From Heteronotia binoei (lineage: Eukaryota), in assembly GCF_032191835.1 (NCBI RefSeq), contig NC_083227.1, positions 49,600,001 to 49,664,000 on the forward strand: a stretch of 64,000 nt of DNA, written 5' to 3'. Made by a program: the position numbers and the translations under genes. The notes under the pieces are model-generated. The model was not told the origin of the DNA. It did not search any database and was given only the letters and a program-made list of their open reading frames with translations. Of this stretch, positions 62,111-64,000 are shown piece by piece; position 1 is the first letter of the stretch, and each line of letters begins with the position of its first letter.

Positions 62111-64000
62111 GAGGGGGGGGGGGGGTGGAGGAGAGAGAGAGAGAGACGGAGGGAAGGGAGGGAGAGAGGATTTCTTTCCCCCGGTCAAACAGTGATTCTG
62201 TTCAAGTCCCGGACTGGGTTGTTTTTTGGATTGTTGTTATTGTTTCTGGAGGGGGGGCGGAAGAAAGGAACCCCCCCTCCTTCCCCATTGAAGGCACACC
62301 CTTGATTTCTCGGAAGGGGGGGGGGGAGCAGCTTGTAAAGGCAGAAAAGCCTTTTTTTCTTTCTTTCTTTTTTTGCATGCGCAGAATTAAGAAAGGGAAG
62401 TGCGATTCGCGACTTTGGGTGCAAAGCTACGGCGCAATAAAAAGCCACCAAGAAGCAGGGAGATGCACTGTCTTTATTTAAAGGGGGGGGGGGAAGAGGA
62501 GTGTGGAGGGAGGATACAAGAAAAAGAACAATTTTAATGAAGATTCTCCCCCCACACACACACCGCCACCACCCCGCGCCAATTTAGGCACCCCGCCGGC
62601 AATCAGATCCCTTGCACTGCCACAAAAAGAAAAAAAAAAGGGGGGGGGGGAAGCGAGCGGGGAAGATCGAGTGACAATTTATGGGAGATCAACCCGCTTC
62701 CCGCCCCCCCCCCCGCCCAAGAGTGCACCTACATGAATCGCCCGTCTATTAATTAGATCCTGGCCCTGATGCGAATTCAACGGGAGTCGAGGGTTGGCGG
62801 CCAAACGCCCGCCCTTGGCCCTCCGCCCTGGCCGGAGGGTCGACGGGATCCGCACTAAATACACCCTCCCCCTCCGCAAAAAAAAGAGGCACACCTGAGA
62901 TCAGACTGAGGACCCACTCTCTCCAGTCTGAGCAGAAAACGAAACCGTTGGATGGAAAAGGGGAAGGGGGGAGCGGTGACCTGGGGGTTTCTTTTTCGGG
63001 GCGGGGGAGGATGTTTGACCCGAAGAGTGTCTGGGACGGGAGAGAACAGCGAAGCCAGAGATGCCCAAGGCGGGGTGTGGGGGTCGAGGTTGTCCGGTCC
63101 GCACCTGGGCTGCGAGGGCCAGCCGGCCTTTCTGCATTCTTCCCCCTCCTGCCCGCTCTGGCTGCGGCCCCCATTGAATGGGGAAAGGCACTATAGCGCT
63201 GTGTGGCACCTGATCCCGCCTGTCTCTACAATAAAGCCCGGGATTATTGGGAGGCTGCGGGGGGGGGGGAGCCCCAGGAAGGTCCGGGAAGGGCGGTTTC
63301 TGTGGTCGCCGGAGGGAGAGCAAGCCATGAAAAGCGTCTCTCCCCCTCCCCCCCCCTTGGCAGCTCTTTTTGAAACAACTTCGAGGGAATGCCGCTTTTT
63401 TTTTTTTTTTTTGAAGCGGCTCTCCACAAAAGGCCGGGAACGCGCAGCCGCCGTTCTTTTCTTTTCTTTTTTTTTTGGGGGGGGGGCTGTTTGCAGACAA
63501 GCGATTTCACCTGCGAAGCGCAACAAGCTCCCCTCCCCCCCCCCAAACAACAACAACAACAACTCGAGGAGGCCCCCAGGCGCTGGAGCGGCCGGCTGGA
63601 GCTGCTGGGGAAGGGGGGTGGGGGGTGGGGAGCCTTGCTTTTTTGCGCCCCGCGGGTTTGGCCTCTTCGGGCACCCAGGCCAGGTTTCCAGGCGAGCCAG
63701 CGGAATTCGTGGAAGCCAAAAGGCAGAGCGGCCTGGGATGGCTCGCTTGTCCGCTTGGCAGCGTCTCCCCGGACGCCGAGCCGGCCCTCGCCTCTCTCAG
63801 CATCGCGGAATGTTCATTTCACGTGCAAGTTTCTAGCCCCCGCCGTCCCCTTGGATCCATCCCCTCTGCCGAGAAGGAGGACAGAGCCAGAGTCCAGCGG
63901 CGCCTTCCAGACTGAGCACCGCTAGGGCGGCAGGGCTTGATGGAGGAGCCTTTCGAGCTTCTGGCAGAGACTCGGGAAAGCTGGTCACCTGCCAGCCACC

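Overview
Vertebrate (squamate, probably gecko-like; inferred from the repeat families) genomic DNA syntenic to the human C3orf14/CEP15-FEZF2 interval. Three coding exons of CEP15 (C3orf14) lie on + (1068-1191, 20229-20303, 23280-23381). FEZF2 lies on - (four coding exons, 57396-61346) inside a ~9 kb CpG island; it carries five apparent 1-nt frameshifts, mostly in or next to homopolymer/GC runs, probably assembly errors. The most structured object is a near-complete DIRS1-type tyrosine-recombinase retrotransposon (10799-17883) in the CEP15 intron. It has inverted terminal repeats, an internal complementary region (ICR) that records the circle junction, gag, RT/RNaseH/methyltransferase and an overlapping YR frame. 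It inserted without a TSD into an older CR1 LINE and was itself hit by a solo LTR. Other repeats: a second 5'-only DIRS remnant, a CR1 copy containing three same-orientation CR1 3' ends, many hAT-type MITEs with 8-bp TSDs, a SINE-in-MITE composite seen twice, a 5S rRNA-derived SINE and a Harbinger-type MITE. I see no clearly new biological system; the best leads are transposon architecture and a candidate FEZF2 downstream enhancer. All homology calls are from recall of protein/repeat families, not database searches.
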